Shown: positions 19,778-30,184 of the stretch, one piece after another
Numbering within the stretch: position 1 is the first letter of the stretch
Layout of the letters: each line of letters starts with the position of its first letter
NCBI GenBank assembly: GCA_020635395.1
Contig: JACJZV010000001.1
Span: 782,675 to 846,674 of the forward strand
DNA length: 64,000 bases
Origin: Flavobacteriales bacterium
GTDB lineage: Bacteria > Bacteroidota > Bacteroidia > NS11-12g > UBA9320
Reading direction: 5' to 3'
The notes under the pieces: generated by a model
The model's input: only the letters and a program-made list of their open reading frames with translations
The model's database searches: none
Told to the model about the DNA's origin: nothing
Translations under genes and position numbers: made by a program

Positions 19778-22501
19778 ATGTTAGCACACTCTTATCTTAG
19801 CAATGCCGACGTCGATTCGATAGACGAAATGTATAAGCAGTATCAGGCAAACCCGCAAAACGTGGAGTTTGGTTGGCAAAAATTCTTTGAAGGTTTTGAT
19901 TTGGCCTACGACAAAACCGGAATCAGCGGCCAAGTGGTGTCGGAAGATATGCTAAAAGAAATCAATGTGCTTCGACTGATAAACGATGGCTACCGCACCC
20001 GAGGGCATTTGTTTACCAAAACCAATCCGGTTCGCGATAGGCGAAAATATGAACCTACGCTTGATATTAACAATTTTGGTTTGGAGCAGTCGGATATGGA
20101 TAAGACCTTTAATGCAGGCATCGAATTGGGCATTGGGCCGGCCAAGTTGAAAGATATTATCGAGCATTTGGAACAAACCTATTGTCAAAGCATTGGGGTT
20201 GAATATATGTATATGCAGCACCCCGAGCGGAAAGAATGGCTCAAAACCCGCATGGAAAGCCGGAAAAATCAACCAAACCTGTCTATCAACCAAAAAAGAG
20301 AAGTGCTGAATAAGTTGAATCAAGCTGTGGTTTTTGAGAATTTTCTGCATACCAAATACGTTGGGCAAAAACGGTTTTCGCTTGAAGGTTTGGAAACGTT
20401 GATACCTGCATTAAACACCATCATTGAGCATGGCTCAACATTGGGTGTTGAAGAGTTTGTGATTGGTATGGCACATAGAGGCAGGCTGAACGTGTTGGCC
20501 AACATTATGCATAAAAACTATGAAGAAATTTTTAGAGAATTTGAAGGAAGAGCTTATGCCGATGCCATTTTTGAGGGCGATGTAAAATACCACATGGGAT
20601 ATTCTTCCGAAATAAAATCAAATGAAGGTAAAGATATTCGGCTCACCTTAACACCAAATCCCTCACACTTGGAGGCTGTAAACCCTGTGGTAGAAGGCGT
20701 TTCAAGGGCAAAGATAGACAGAGAACACAATAGAAATTTTGATAAATTAACCCCAATACTCATTCATGGTGATGCGGCTGTTAGTGGTCAGGGCATTGTG
20801 TATGAAGTCATTCAAATGGCTGGGTTGGAAGGTTACAACAATGGGGGAACCATACATTTGGTTACTAACAATCAAATAGGTTTTACCACCAACTACACCG
20901 ATGGCCGAACATCGATATACTGCACCGATGTGGCCAAAACCACCAAGTGTCCTGTTTTTCATGTAAATGGAGACGACGCTGAAGCCATTGTGTATGTAAT
21001 GCAATTGGCCACAGAGTATCGGCAAAAATTTCATACTGATGTTTTTATCGATTTGTTAGGTTATCGAAAATACGGTCATAATGAAGGGGATGAACCGAGA
21101 TTTACACAGCCTAAGTTGTATAAAGAAATTGCCAAGCACAAAAATCCACGTGAAATTTATGCGGAAAAATTGGCAAATACCGGTAGTGTGGAAGCCGATT
21201 TGGCCGAACAAATGGAGAAAGAATTTAAACAACTTTTGCAAGAAAAGTTAGACAGTGTTCGGTCGGCCAATGGGCAAGAAACTACCAATAATTCGCCAGC
21301 AAACACATGGGCACACATAAGAAAGGCCGAGCAAAAAGACTTTGAGCAATCGCCCGTAACGGCCATTGACAAAACCAAATTTCAAAAACTGGCCAAATCA
21401 ATTACGCAAATTCCGGATGGATTTAAGGCTTTTAAAAAGGTTGAAAAACTATTTGCCGACCGTGCCGACATGATTAAAAACAACAGCTTCGACTGGGCAA
21501 TGGGCGAATTAATGGCCTACGCCAGTCTGTTGGACGAAGGTTTTCCGGTAAGAATGAGCGGACAGGATTGCGAGCGAGGCACCTTTAGCCATCGGCACGC
21601 CATAATAAAAGAAGAAGATTCGGAAAACGAATATTGCCCGTTGGCACAAATTGGAGGGCAAAAAACGTCGTTTGAAATCTACAACTCATTGCTTTCAGAA
21701 TTTGCCGTTTTGGGGTTTGAGTATGGCTATGCCATGACCAATCCCAATGGATTAACAATATGGGAAGCCCAGTTTGGCGATTTTGCCAATGGGGCTCAGG
21801 TTATTATTGATCAATTTATTGCCAGCGGCGAAACAAAATGGAAACGCTTTAACGGTTTAGTCATGTTGTTGCCACACGGTCATGAGGGTCAAGGGCCTGA
21901 GCACTCCTCGGCTCGTCCTGAGCGGTATTTGCAACTGTGTGCCACACTCAATATGCAAGTAATAAATGCCACAACACCAGCCAATTTATTTCATGCCTTG
22001 AGGCGACAACTGAAGCGAGACATTCGGGTGCCTTTAGTAGTGCTTACCCCTAAAAGTTTACTGAGACATCCACTTTGTGTAAGTTCAATCGAAGATTTTA
22101 CAAATGGAGCATTTCAAGAGATAATTGATGATGCAAAAGCCGATGCAAAAAAGGTAAAGCGGGTGGTGCTTTGCACTGGTAAAATCTATTATGATTTACT
22201 GAAAAAGCAGGAGGAAGATAACATAGAAAACGTTGCTGTTGTTCGGGTAGAACAATTGTATCCGTTGGCCGAAAACCAATTGGCCGATTTGCAAAAAAAA
22301 TACAGGAATGCAGAGTGGAAATGGGTGCAGGAAGAACCTAAAAATCAGGGTGCATGGATGCATTTGCTGCGGTATGATTTGCCTTTTGCTTTGGGTGTAA
22401 TTAGCCGCCGCTCAAGCTCGTCTCCGGCTACTGGCTACGCCAAGGTGCACAATCAAGAGCAAGAGCAGATAATTTCCGAAGCATTTTCTATCGGGAAATA
22501 A
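19778..22501 (+). CDS. sucA: 2-oxoglutarate dehydrogenase E1 component.
   Basis: 907 aa. The N-terminus SYLSNADVDSIDEMYKQYQANP...WQKFFEGF follows the standard SucA N-terminal pattern, and transketolase-like and TPP-binding regions follow. No sucB lies downstream. Confidence 0.9.
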   Translation: MLAHSYLSNADVDSIDEMYKQYQANPQNVEFGWQKFFEGFDLAYDKTGISGQVVSEDMLKEINVLRLINDGYRTRGHLFTKTNPVRDRRKYEPTLDINNFGLEQSDMDKTFNAGIELGIGPAKLKDIIEHLEQTYCQSIGVEYMYMQHPERKEWLKTRMESRKNQPNLSINQKREVLNKLNQAVVFENFLHTKYVGQKRFSLEGLETLIPALNTIIEHGSTLGVEEFVIGMAHRGRLNVLANIMHKNYEEIFREFEGRAYADAIFEGDVKYHMGYSSEIKSNEGKDIRLTLTPNPSHLEAVNPVVEGVSRAKIDREHNRNFDKLTPILIHGDAAVSGQGIVYEVIQMAGLEGYNNGGTIHLVTNNQIGFTTNYTDGRTSIYCTDVAKTTKCPVFHVNGDDAEAIVYVMQLATEYRQKFHTDVFIDLLGYRKYGHNEGDEPRFTQPKLYKEIAKHKNPREIYAEKLANTGSVEADLAEQMEKEFKQLLQEKLDSVRSANGQETTNNSPANTWAHIRKAEQKDFEQSPVTAIDKTKFQKLAKSITQIPDGFKAFKKVEKLFADRADMIKNNSFDWAMGELMAYASLLDEGFPVRMSGQDCERGTFSHRHAIIKEEDSENEYCPLAQIGGQKTSFEIYNSLLSEFAVLGFEYGYAMTNPNGLTIWEAQFGDFANGAQVIIDQFIASGETKWKRFNGLVMLLPHGHEGQGPEHSSARPERYLQLCATLNMQVINATTPANLFHALRRQLKRDIRVPLVVLTPKSLLRHPLCVSSIEDFTNGAFQEIIDDAKADAKKVKRVVLCTGKIYYDLLKKQEEDNIENVAVVRVEQLYPLAENQLADLQKKYRNAEWKWVQEEPKNQGAWMHLLRYDLPFALGVISRRSSSSPATGYAKVHNQEQEQIISEAFSIGK

Positions 22502-22754
22502 ATTTGTCAATCATTTCCACCAAGAAAAAGGAAATAATTGATTGTAAAAGTCGCATAATATCAGCGAGTTGAAGCTATTTAGACAATTTCTAAATTAAAA
22601 AATGTTGGTATCTTCAATCTTGCCAACTTTTAAACCGATATATATTTGCGGCCATTGCCAATTGGTAAAATTTTTGTCATATAGCAATGTTAAAAGCTTG
22701 ATAATTAGAAGATTGTCATTTTTATAATAGGAAAGACTTAAAAATAAAAAATAG

Positions 22755-23642
22755 ATGTCAGGAGGTTTTTATAGTAATTCTACATTTTTAGCCTTAGTTA
22801 TTTTGGCGGTTGTGTTGCTCATCGTAGCGGCATTGATGGTGTATGTTGTTAAACACATTACATCCATTTTAAACCAAAAATACCCTACTCAGGCGGAGCC
22901 AACTTTTTACGAGAGTAAAATAAAGCCCACAACAGATAAGTGGAACCCAACTATTGTATCGTTGGTGGTTATTGGCATTTTAGCCATTGTTTTAGGTGGG
23001 TGGGGATTCGATTATACTGCTTATAAAGTGGGTAATCAGCAAGGTTATGCACCTGACCAACCAATCAATTTTCCGCACGACAAACATGCCGGTGCAATGA
23101 ATATTGATTGTCAGTATTGCCATATAGGTGCGTCAAAAAGTAAACATTCCACCATTCCATCAAGCAATATTTGTATGAACTGCCACAAGGGGGCTCAGTT
23201 GAGAGAAAAATACAACGGACAAGTATCTCCTGAGTTGGCTAAACTGTATAAGTATGTAGGTTTTGACCCAGAAGCAGGCTCTTACGATCCGAATGCAAAA
23301 GGAGTTGGCCCGATAAAATGGGTAAGGGTTCACAACCTTCCTGACTTGGCATATTTCAACCACTCACAACACGTATCTGCTGCAAAATTGGCTCCAGATG
23401 GTAGCACCGAGAGCAAAGATATTTGTAATGTATGTCATGGGCCTGTACACGAAATGGCCAAATTGGAGCAATTTAGCACATTGCAAATGGGCTGGTGTGT
23501 AAACTGTCACAGACAAAGAGGTATTGATGTTGAAAACAACAAATACTACGAGGATGTGCATAAAGAAATGAAAAAGAACAACAAGCATTATGTTACCGTT
23601 GCAGAAAACGGAGGTTTGGAATGTTCAAAATGCCATTATTAA
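22755..23642 (+). CDS. actA: Alternative complex III subunit ActA, a membrane-anchored pentahaem cytochrome c.
   Basis: An N-terminal TM anchor is followed by five CxxCH motifs: CQYCH, CMNCH, CNVCH, CVNCH, CSKCH. It is the first gene of a six-gene co-directional cluster with 3-40 nt gaps. Confidence 0.85.
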   Translation: MSGGFYSNSTFLALVILAVVLLIVAALMVYVVKHITSILNQKYPTQAEPTFYESKIKPTTDKWNPTIVSLVVIGILAIVLGGWGFDYTAYKVGNQQGYAPDQPINFPHDKHAGAMNIDCQYCHIGASKSKHSTIPSSNICMNCHKGAQLREKYNGQVSPELAKLYKYVGFDPEAGSYDPNAKGVGPIKWVRVHNLPDLAYFNHSQHVSAAKLAPDGSTESKDICNVCHGPVHEMAKLEQFSTLQMGWCVNCHRQRGIDVENNKYYEDVHKEMKKNNKHYVTVAENGGLECSKCHY

Positions 23643-23682
23643 TCGATATTCAATTTAAGAAACTCAAAGATTACAACATATA

Positions 23683-26600
23683 ATGAGTAATTTGGAAAAT
23701 AAATACTGGAAGGGAATTGAAGAACTGGAAAAACCTGCTCAATATGCAGGAAGAACCGATGAGTTCTCAGACAAGCTTCCGATGGAAGAAATTTTTGGTG
23801 ATTCGGATGAAATAACTTCAAACCGCCGAGATTTCTTAAAGTTTTTTGGTTTTAGCGTTAGTGCAGTAGCATTGGCCGCCTGCAATAGGACACCGGTAAA
23901 GTATGCCATGCCTTATATCGAAAAACCAGCGAATGTAACTCCGGGTCTCCCTTTGTATTACGCAACTTCATGTGGTGCGTTCAACGAAGGTTTTCCTGTT
24001 GTGGCTAAAGTGCGAGAAGGTAGGCCAATAAAATTGGATGGTAACGAAAAAAGCATCCTCAGTCAGGGAGGGTTAAATGCTATTGGCCAAGCCAGTATTT
24101 TGTCGTTGTATGACATCAACCGTTTGCAAAACCCAAAAATTGGCGGAAAAACAGAGAAAGATTGGGCAAACGTAGATAAAAAAGTAGCAGAAATATTAAA
24201 GCAAGCGGCAGGAAAAGGCGTGGCAGTGGTTTCAAGAACCGTTACCAGCCCAATTCTTAAAGATGCTATTGATAAATTTAAGACAGCTCACAATGCTACA
24301 CACATTGTGTATGACCCAATTTCGTATTCAGGTATTTTAAATGCCAATAAAGAATCGTTTGGTGTAGCTACCGTTCCAAATTATAAATTCGACAAAGCAG
24401 AGCTAATTGTTAGTTTCGGTGCCGACTTTTTAGGTACATGGGTTTCTCCTGTTAGGTTTTCGTCTGATTATGCTAAAAACAGAGTTCCTTCGCCAGAAAA
24501 TGCCAATATGAGCAGACACTACCAAATTGAAGCAAACATGAGTTTGACAGGAACCAATGCCGATTATCGGTTTGCAATTCCGGCCTCAAAACATGGAGCC
24601 TATTTGGTAAGTCTATATAATATGGTTGCCTCAAAAGTTGGGGGTTCTTCCGTTTCTGGTGCTCAAAATGAGCTTGCCGGAAACATGTTGAGCAAAATAG
24701 CCGAAGAATTGGTGGCAGCAAAAGGAAAGGCATTGGTTGTTTGTGGAAGCAACAACAAAGCCGACCAGATTATTACCAATGCAATAAACACTATGTTAGA
24801 TAGCTATGGAAACACCATAGACATCAACACTTCATACAATGTATCTGCCTTTAATGAGGCGGAATTTGACAATTTTGCAAAACAGGCTGGAAGCCTTGGA
24901 GCTGTAATATTTTTAAACTGTAATCCGGTTTATTCTTATGCCAACGGCAAAGATTTGGCCGATTCGTTGAAAAAAACCAATGTAATTTGCACATCTATTG
25001 TGGCGGATGAAACCTCAATGAATGCCACAGTGAATGCTCCGGATAACCACTTCTTGGAGTCGTGGGATATTTATGAGCCAATGAGCGGACATTATCTAAC
25101 TTCTCAACCAACCATTACCAAAGTATTCAACACCAGAAGTGCTGCTGAGTCTTTGAGAACTTGGGCTGGAGAGACGTTGGAAATGGGAGAGGATCAAGTT
25201 TCTCGCAGTTGGGTTGTAAATTATTTGGAGAGCAACTTGGGGGTAAATGCTGAACAAGCTCTGCATGACGGGGTGGTGGAAAAAGCTGCTTCAAATGGAG
25301 CAGGCTCATTCTCAGGTTCTGTTTCTGATGCCGCTGCAGCTATAGCTTCTGCAAAAAAAGGTGATGGTTTAGAACTTTCACTCTATCAAAAAGTAGGAAT
25401 AGGCGATGGCACAATGGCCATGAACCCATGGTGTCATGAAATGCCGGACCCGGTTACAAAAGTTACTTACGATAACTACGTGACGATTTCAAGAAGTGAT
25501 GCAGAAGCCAATAATTGGGAACAAGGCGATTGGATGAAGGTAACTTCCTCAAATGGTACGGTTGACAAATTGCCTTTACTTATTCAACCTGGGCAAGCGG
25601 TAGGAACCATCGGTATAGCTTTGGGCTATGGCCGCACACCTGAAATATTAGACGAAAACAAAAATGATTTGGTTGACCTTGGTAAAAATGTTTACCCATT
25701 GGTTCAAACAGATAATGGCACCTATTCGTATGTGGTGAGTGGCGTGAAACTTGAAAAAGTAGGTTCGGGTTATGAATTTGCCCAAACTCAAACGCATCAC
25801 ATGGTAGAAGGTCGTGATATAATGAGAGAAACAACACTTTCTGAATATCAAAAAGAAAAAGACGCAGGAAACAAACCTCAGGCTAAAACACAGCACTTGG
25901 TATCTCTTTGGGAAGAATTTGACTATTCAAAGGGACATCATTGGGCAATGGCTGTTGATATGAATGCCTGTACGGGTTGTGGCTCTTGTATTGTAAGCTG
26001 CAGCTTGGAAAACAACGTGCCAATTGTTGGCCGTGATGAGGTTCGTAGAAGGAGAGAAATGCATTGGATTCGTATCGACAGATACTATGCATTTGAGGTT
26101 CAGGAAGAAACAAAAGTATCAGTAAAATTTGCCGGAGAAAGAGACTTTAAAAAAGGCGATTATTCTTCGAAAGAAAAGGAACTAAACGCATTGGATGAAA
26201 TTGCCAAAAAAGGGGGCAAAAACGACTATTCGCATTACAACAATGTTACGGTAGTTCATCAACCAATGATGTGTCAGCATTGCGACCATGCACCTTGCGA
26301 GACTGTTTGTCCGGTATTGGCAACTACGCATAGCTCGGAAGGTTTGAATCAAATGACCTATAACCGTTGCATCGGAACGAAATACTGTGGAAACAACTGC
26401 CCATACAAAGTGCGTCGTTTCAACTGGTTTAAATACAACGATAACAGCAAATTCAATTATCATTTCAATAACGAACTTGGAAGAATGGTTCTTAACCCTG
26501 ATGTAACGGTGCGTTCAAGAGGGGTTATGGAAAAATGTAGTTTCTGCGTTCAAAACATTCAAATGGCAAAACTGAAAGCCAAGATTGAAAACAGAAAATT

Positions 26601-26808
26601 GAATGATGGGGATGTTACCGTGGCATGTGCAAAAACTTGTCCATCAAATGCTTTGGTGTTTGGAGATAGAAATGACCCCAACAGCAAAATTGCTCAAATG
26701 TATAAAAACGAAAGAGGGTATTTAATGCTCGAAGAAGTGGGCATTCAACCATCTGTGAAGTATTTGACAAAAATTAGAAACAAAAAACAAGAAGTTCAAC
26801 ATTCATAA
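23683..26808 (+). CDS. actB: ACIII subunit ActB, the fused molybdopterin-oxidoreductase-like and 4Fe-4S ferredoxin-like subunit.
   Basis: 1041 aa. The Tat motif is NRRDFLKFFGFSVSAVALAAC. The C-terminal half has several Cys clusters: CTGCGSCIVSC, CQHCDHAPCETVCP, CIGTKYCGNNCP, CSFC...C..C. This is the PsrAB-like fusion characteristic of Bacteroidota ACIII. Confidence 0.85.
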   Translation: MSNLENKYWKGIEELEKPAQYAGRTDEFSDKLPMEEIFGDSDEITSNRRDFLKFFGFSVSAVALAACNRTPVKYAMPYIEKPANVTPGLPLYYATSCGAFNEGFPVVAKVREGRPIKLDGNEKSILSQGGLNAIGQASILSLYDINRLQNPKIGGKTEKDWANVDKKVAEILKQAAGKGVAVVSRTVTSPILKDAIDKFKTAHNATHIVYDPISYSGILNANKESFGVATVPNYKFDKAELIVSFGADFLGTWVSPVRFSSDYAKNRVPSPENANMSRHYQIEANMSLTGTNADYRFAIPASKHGAYLVSLYNMVASKVGGSSVSGAQNELAGNMLSKIAEELVAAKGKALVVCGSNNKADQIITNAINTMLDSYGNTIDINTSYNVSAFNEAEFDNFAKQAGSLGAVIFLNCNPVYSYANGKDLADSLKKTNVICTSIVADETSMNATVNAPDNHFLESWDIYEPMSGHYLTSQPTITKVFNTRSAAESLRTWAGETLEMGEDQVSRSWVVNYLESNLGVNAEQALHDGVVEKAASNGAGSFSGSVSDAAAAIASAKKGDGLELSLYQKVGIGDGTMAMNPWCHEMPDPVTKVTYDNYVTISRSDAEANNWEQGDWMKVTSSNGTVDKLPLLIQPGQAVGTIGIALGYGRTPEILDENKNDLVDLGKNVYPLVQTDNGTYSYVVSGVKLEKVGSGYEFAQTQTHHMVEGRDIMRETTLSEYQKEKDAGNKPQAKTQHLVSLWEEFDYSKGHHWAMAVDMNACTGCGSCIVSCSLENNVPIVGRDEVRRRREMHWIRIDRYYAFEVQEETKVSVKFAGERDFKKGDYSSKEKELNALDEIAKKGGKNDYSHYNNVTVVHQPMMCQHCDHAPCETVCPVLATTHSSEGLNQMTYNRCIGTKYCGNNCPYKVRRFNWFKYNDNSKFNYHFNNELGRMVLNPDVTVRSRGVMEKCSFCVQNIQMAKLKAKIENRKLNDGDVTVACAKTCPSNALVFGDRNDPNSKIAQMYKNERGYLMLEEVGIQPSVKYLTKIRNKKQEVQHS

Positions 26809-26827
26809 TTTATAAAAAGAAACAAAA

Positions 26828-28174
26828 ATGTTTGAAGCTGCAATAAGAAAGCCACTTGTAACGGGTAACAAATCCATTAGCGATGTTACCGAGGATATAT
26901 GTAGGCCAATTGAAAACAAACCCACCAAACAATGGTGGTTAGGTTTTACCGTGTCATTCATTTTATTGATTGTCATGGTGCTTTCACTTGGCTGGACCGT
27001 ATGGGAAGGTATCGGAACTTGGGGAGTAAACAAAACCGTAATGTGGGGTTGGGATATTACCAACTTCGTATTTTGGGTTGGTATTGGACATGCCGGAACG
27101 CTGATTTCTGCCATCCTACTTTTGTTCCGTCAAAAATGGAGAATGAGTATAAACAGAAGTGCAGAGGCCATGACCATTTTTGCGGTTCTGTGTGCGGCAC
27201 AGTTCCCGTTGTTTCACATGGGTAGAGTTTGGTTGGGATATTGGCCATTGCCATTGCCCAACGCCTTTGGTTCATTGTGGCCAAACCCTAACTCTCCGTT
27301 GATGTGGGACGTATTTGCGATTTCTACCTACCTTTCTGTTTCATTAGTGTTTTGGTATTTAGGTCTTATTCCTGATATTGCCACCATCAGAGACAGAGCA
27401 ACAACCAAAGCACGAAAATTTTGGTATGGATTTTTCTCAATGGGATGGAATGGTTCTGCCAGAACGTGGCATCGATATGAAATTGTTGCCTTAATATTGG
27501 CAGGTATATCTACGCCACTGGTATTATCAGTTCATACCATTGTATCCATGGACTTTGCCACCGCCGTAATTCCTGGATGGCACACCACCATTTTCCCTCC
27601 ATACTTCGTTGCCGGAGCTATTTTCTCGGGTTTTGGTATGGTTTTAACACTGCTTATCATTGTGCGTAAGGTAATGAATCTTACCGACTACATTACCATT
27701 GAACACCTTGAGGCCATGAGTAAAGTAGTTATGCTTACTGGTTCTTTGGTAGGTATGGCTTATTTGACTGAGTTTTTTATTGCTGCTTATTCTGGAGTAG
27801 AATATGAGCAATATGCTTTCTTGAACAGAGCCTTTGGCCCTTATTCTTGGGCATATTGGACAATGATGAGTTGCAACCTTATTGCACCACAAGTATTTTG
27901 GTTTAAATGGGCAAGAACCACACCGTGGTTCCTATTTATCATGTCCATTATCGTAAATATTGGTATGTGGTTCGAGCGATTTGTAATTATCGTTACCTCA
28001 TTGCATAGAGATTATTTGCCATCATCATGGGCAATGTATAGTGCAACGTATGTAGAAGTTGGTATTTTCCTTGGCACAATGGGATTGTTCTTTACCTGCT
28101 TCTTCTTATTTGCGAAATTTTTGCCAGTTGTTAACATGGCGGAGGTTAAAGGAATTATTAAAAGTAGAGAGTAA
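26828..28174 (+). CDS. actC: ACIII subunit ActC (NrfD/PsrC-like polytopic quinol-interacting membrane subunit).
   Basis: 448 aa, about 10 predicted TM helices, NrfD-like. It sits directly after actB. Confidence 0.8.
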   Translation: MFEAAIRKPLVTGNKSISDVTEDICRPIENKPTKQWWLGFTVSFILLIVMVLSLGWTVWEGIGTWGVNKTVMWGWDITNFVFWVGIGHAGTLISAILLLFRQKWRMSINRSAEAMTIFAVLCAAQFPLFHMGRVWLGYWPLPLPNAFGSLWPNPNSPLMWDVFAISTYLSVSLVFWYLGLIPDIATIRDRATTKARKFWYGFFSMGWNGSARTWHRYEIVALILAGISTPLVLSVHTIVSMDFATAVIPGWHTTIFPPYFVAGAIFSGFGMVLTLLIIVRKVMNLTDYITIEHLEAMSKVVMLTGSLVGMAYLTEFFIAAYSGVEYEQYAFLNRAFGPYSWAYWTMMSCNLIAPQVFWFKWARTTPWFLFIMSIIVNIGMWFERFVIIVTSLHRDYLPSSWAMYSATYVEVGIFLGTMGLFFTCFFLFAKFLPVVNMAEVKGIIKSRE

Positions 28175-28195
28175 TATTATTTTAAATCCTGAAGG

Positions 28196-29095
28196 ATGTT
28201 AGAAAAAGAATTAATATTAGGTGTTTACGACGACGGAGATAAACTTCTCAACGCCGTTCATAAACTTAGAAAAAAAGGTGTAGAAATATTTGATTGCTAC
28301 ACACCTTATCCCGTTCACAATTTGGATAAGGAAATGGGTATTAACCGTTCAAATCTTACGGTAGGTGCTTTTATCTGTGGTTTTCTTGGATTCATTAGTG
28401 GATTGTTATTGCAATTTTACATGATGACCAATGAGCTGCATACCTTTAAAAGTTGGCCGATGATTATTGGTGGTAAACCGCAAGATTACACGGTTTTGCC
28501 AAGTATGATTCCGGTTACCTTTGAGTTGACCGTATTGTTTACGGCATTTGGTATGGCTTTCTTGTTTTTTGCAAAAAGTAGAATGATACATGGCAAGATT
28601 GCCGAAATTGTTGACCCACGGGTTACAAACGATAGATTGTTTGTAGGTATTGAGCCTTCCGCACTTCACGGCATCTCTCGAAGCGAATTAGACGCCATAA
28701 TGAATGAGACCGGTGCTCTCGAAATAAGAAACTACAACGGCAGTAGCGAAGTCAATACTTCATCAGCCGAGGCATCTCAACCAAAAGTTGAAGAGTCAAA
28801 GGTGGTTGAAACAAGTGCTGACCTGTCAGAAGAAGAACGTACGGAGAAAATGTCGTTCTTGAAGTCGGTGGTTGGGGAATTTTCAGCCGACAATATGGAC
28901 GACTTGAAACAAATTAATGGCGTTGGGCCAGTTTACGAAAAACAACTTCACGAACTTGGTATCTACAGCTTTGAGCAAGTTGCTAAATTGACAGCCGACG
29001 CAATTAAATCTATCGAAGATTTAACAAAATATTTCCCCGGAAAAATTGAGCGAGAAGATTGGGTAGGTCAGGCTAAAAACTTAATGAATAAGTAA
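28196..29095 (+). CDS. actD: ACIII subunit ActD (DUF3341-like) with an acidic linker and an HhH-like C-terminal extension.
   Basis: The first ~175 aa have two TM helices and an ActD-like core. A Ser/Glu-rich linker follows. The tail is LKQINGVGPVYEKQLHELGIYSFEQVAKLT, a helix-hairpin-helix-like (G-V-G-P) motif. Confidence 0.7.
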   Translation: MLEKELILGVYDDGDKLLNAVHKLRKKGVEIFDCYTPYPVHNLDKEMGINRSNLTVGAFICGFLGFISGLLLQFYMMTNELHTFKSWPMIIGGKPQDYTVLPSMIPVTFELTVLFTAFGMAFLFFAKSRMIHGKIAEIVDPRVTNDRLFVGIEPSALHGISRSELDAIMNETGALEIRNYNGSSEVNTSSAEASQPKVEESKVVETSADLSEEERTEKMSFLKSVVGEFSADNMDDLKQINGVGPVYEKQLHELGIYSFEQVAKLTADAIKSIEDLTKYFPGKIEREDWVGQAKNLMNK

Positions 29096-29098
29096 AAA

Positions 29099-30178
29099 AT
29101 GAAATTGAAACTTAATTCAGTAAATGTATGGATTATGGCTTCGGTTGTAGCATCTACATCAATGGTAGGTTGCACGGCAGGGGGCAATAATCCAGGATTG
29201 GAATATGCTCCGCAGATGTATATTTCAAAAGCGTATGAAGCATATACTCAACGGGATGAAATGCAATACAATCCTTATGGAATGACCATGCGGGTTCCAG
29301 TAAACGGAACTGTGGCTAGAGGTCAGGTTGGATTTTTTGACTACAAAGAAGGATATGAGGCAGCGGCATCCTGGTCAAATCCGGTGGCAGCCACCCGAAA
29401 AAATGTTTTGACCGATGGTAAAAAATTATATAACATCAATTGCCAACATTGCCATGGGGCAACCGGCAAAAACGATGGCGGGGTTATAAAAAGTAATCAA
29501 TATGCACCTCCACCATGGGATGGCTATAGCTCTGACTATATTAAAAACTTACCCGATGGACAGGCATTTCACACCATTACCTTCGGTAAAGGAAACATGG
29601 GTTCTCATGCGTATGCTTTAACACCCGAAGAAAGATGGAAAGTACTTCATTACGTAAGATTTTTAGGTGCAGGTGCCGATGAAAAGAACTTTACATTTGC
29701 CCAGGAGGAAACCAAAAGCACCACGCAAACAATGAATGTTTCTGGTCAAACGGTTGGAAGTGAAGAATTGGTAGATATGAACCCAAAAGGAATGGGGGGC
29801 AGAATTGACTTGGGAGCGGATGCTCAAAAAATTCAAAATGCCATTGGCCATGTTAAGTTTGGTGCATTACAATATTTAGACTTCAAAAAAGAAAGCGAAC
29901 CTCATTTAGATGTGATTGCTGATTTTATGAAATCGCACCCCGAATATAAAGCGGTAGTAACCGGATATGCTGCTCCATCAATGAATATTGGTGGTAAAGC
30001 CGCTGGCGAAATTGGTCTAATTCGTGCCAAAACAGTGTGTAAATATTTGGCATCTAAAGGAATTTCGATGGAGCATTTAACACCTAAAAGTGGGGCTGAT
30101 ACCGAAGTTGCCGGAAGTAACGAAACCAAAGAGGGTAGAGAAGAAAATAGAAGAGTAGAAATTTATTTCATAAAATAG
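29099..30178 (+). CDS. actE: ACIII subunit ActE (lipoprotein monohaem cytochrome c) fused to a C-terminal OmpA-like domain.
   Basis: The lipobox is MVGCTAG and there is a single haem site, CQHCHG. The C-terminal ~125 aa (DFMKSHPEYKAVVTGYAAP...IRAKTVCKYLASKGI...NRRVEIYF) follow the OmpA_C pattern, including the NRRVEI signature. Confidence 0.7.
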   Translation: MKLKLNSVNVWIMASVVASTSMVGCTAGGNNPGLEYAPQMYISKAYEAYTQRDEMQYNPYGMTMRVPVNGTVARGQVGFFDYKEGYEAAASWSNPVAATRKNVLTDGKKLYNINCQHCHGATGKNDGGVIKSNQYAPPPWDGYSSDYIKNLPDGQAFHTITFGKGNMGSHAYALTPEERWKVLHYVRFLGAGADEKNFTFAQEETKSTTQTMNVSGQTVGSEELVDMNPKGMGGRIDLGADAQKIQNAIGHVKFGALQYLDFKKESEPHLDVIADFMKSHPEYKAVVTGYAAPSMNIGGKAAGEIGLIRAKTVCKYLASKGISMEHLTPKSGADTEVAGSNETKEGREENRRVEIYFIK

Positions 30179-30184
30179 GTACAA

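Noticed and set aside
19952-21378. Several 60-140-aa minus-strand ORFs within sucA.
   Set aside because: They are inside a well-supported, conserved 907-aa sucA reading frame.
22502-22754. Expected sucB immediately downstream of sucA, and looked for a disrupted operon or pseudogene in the 253-bp gap.
   Set aside because: The gap contains no ORF fragments with E2-like lipoyl or catalytic motifs. sucB is presumably encoded elsewhere, so there is no evidence of a pseudogene.
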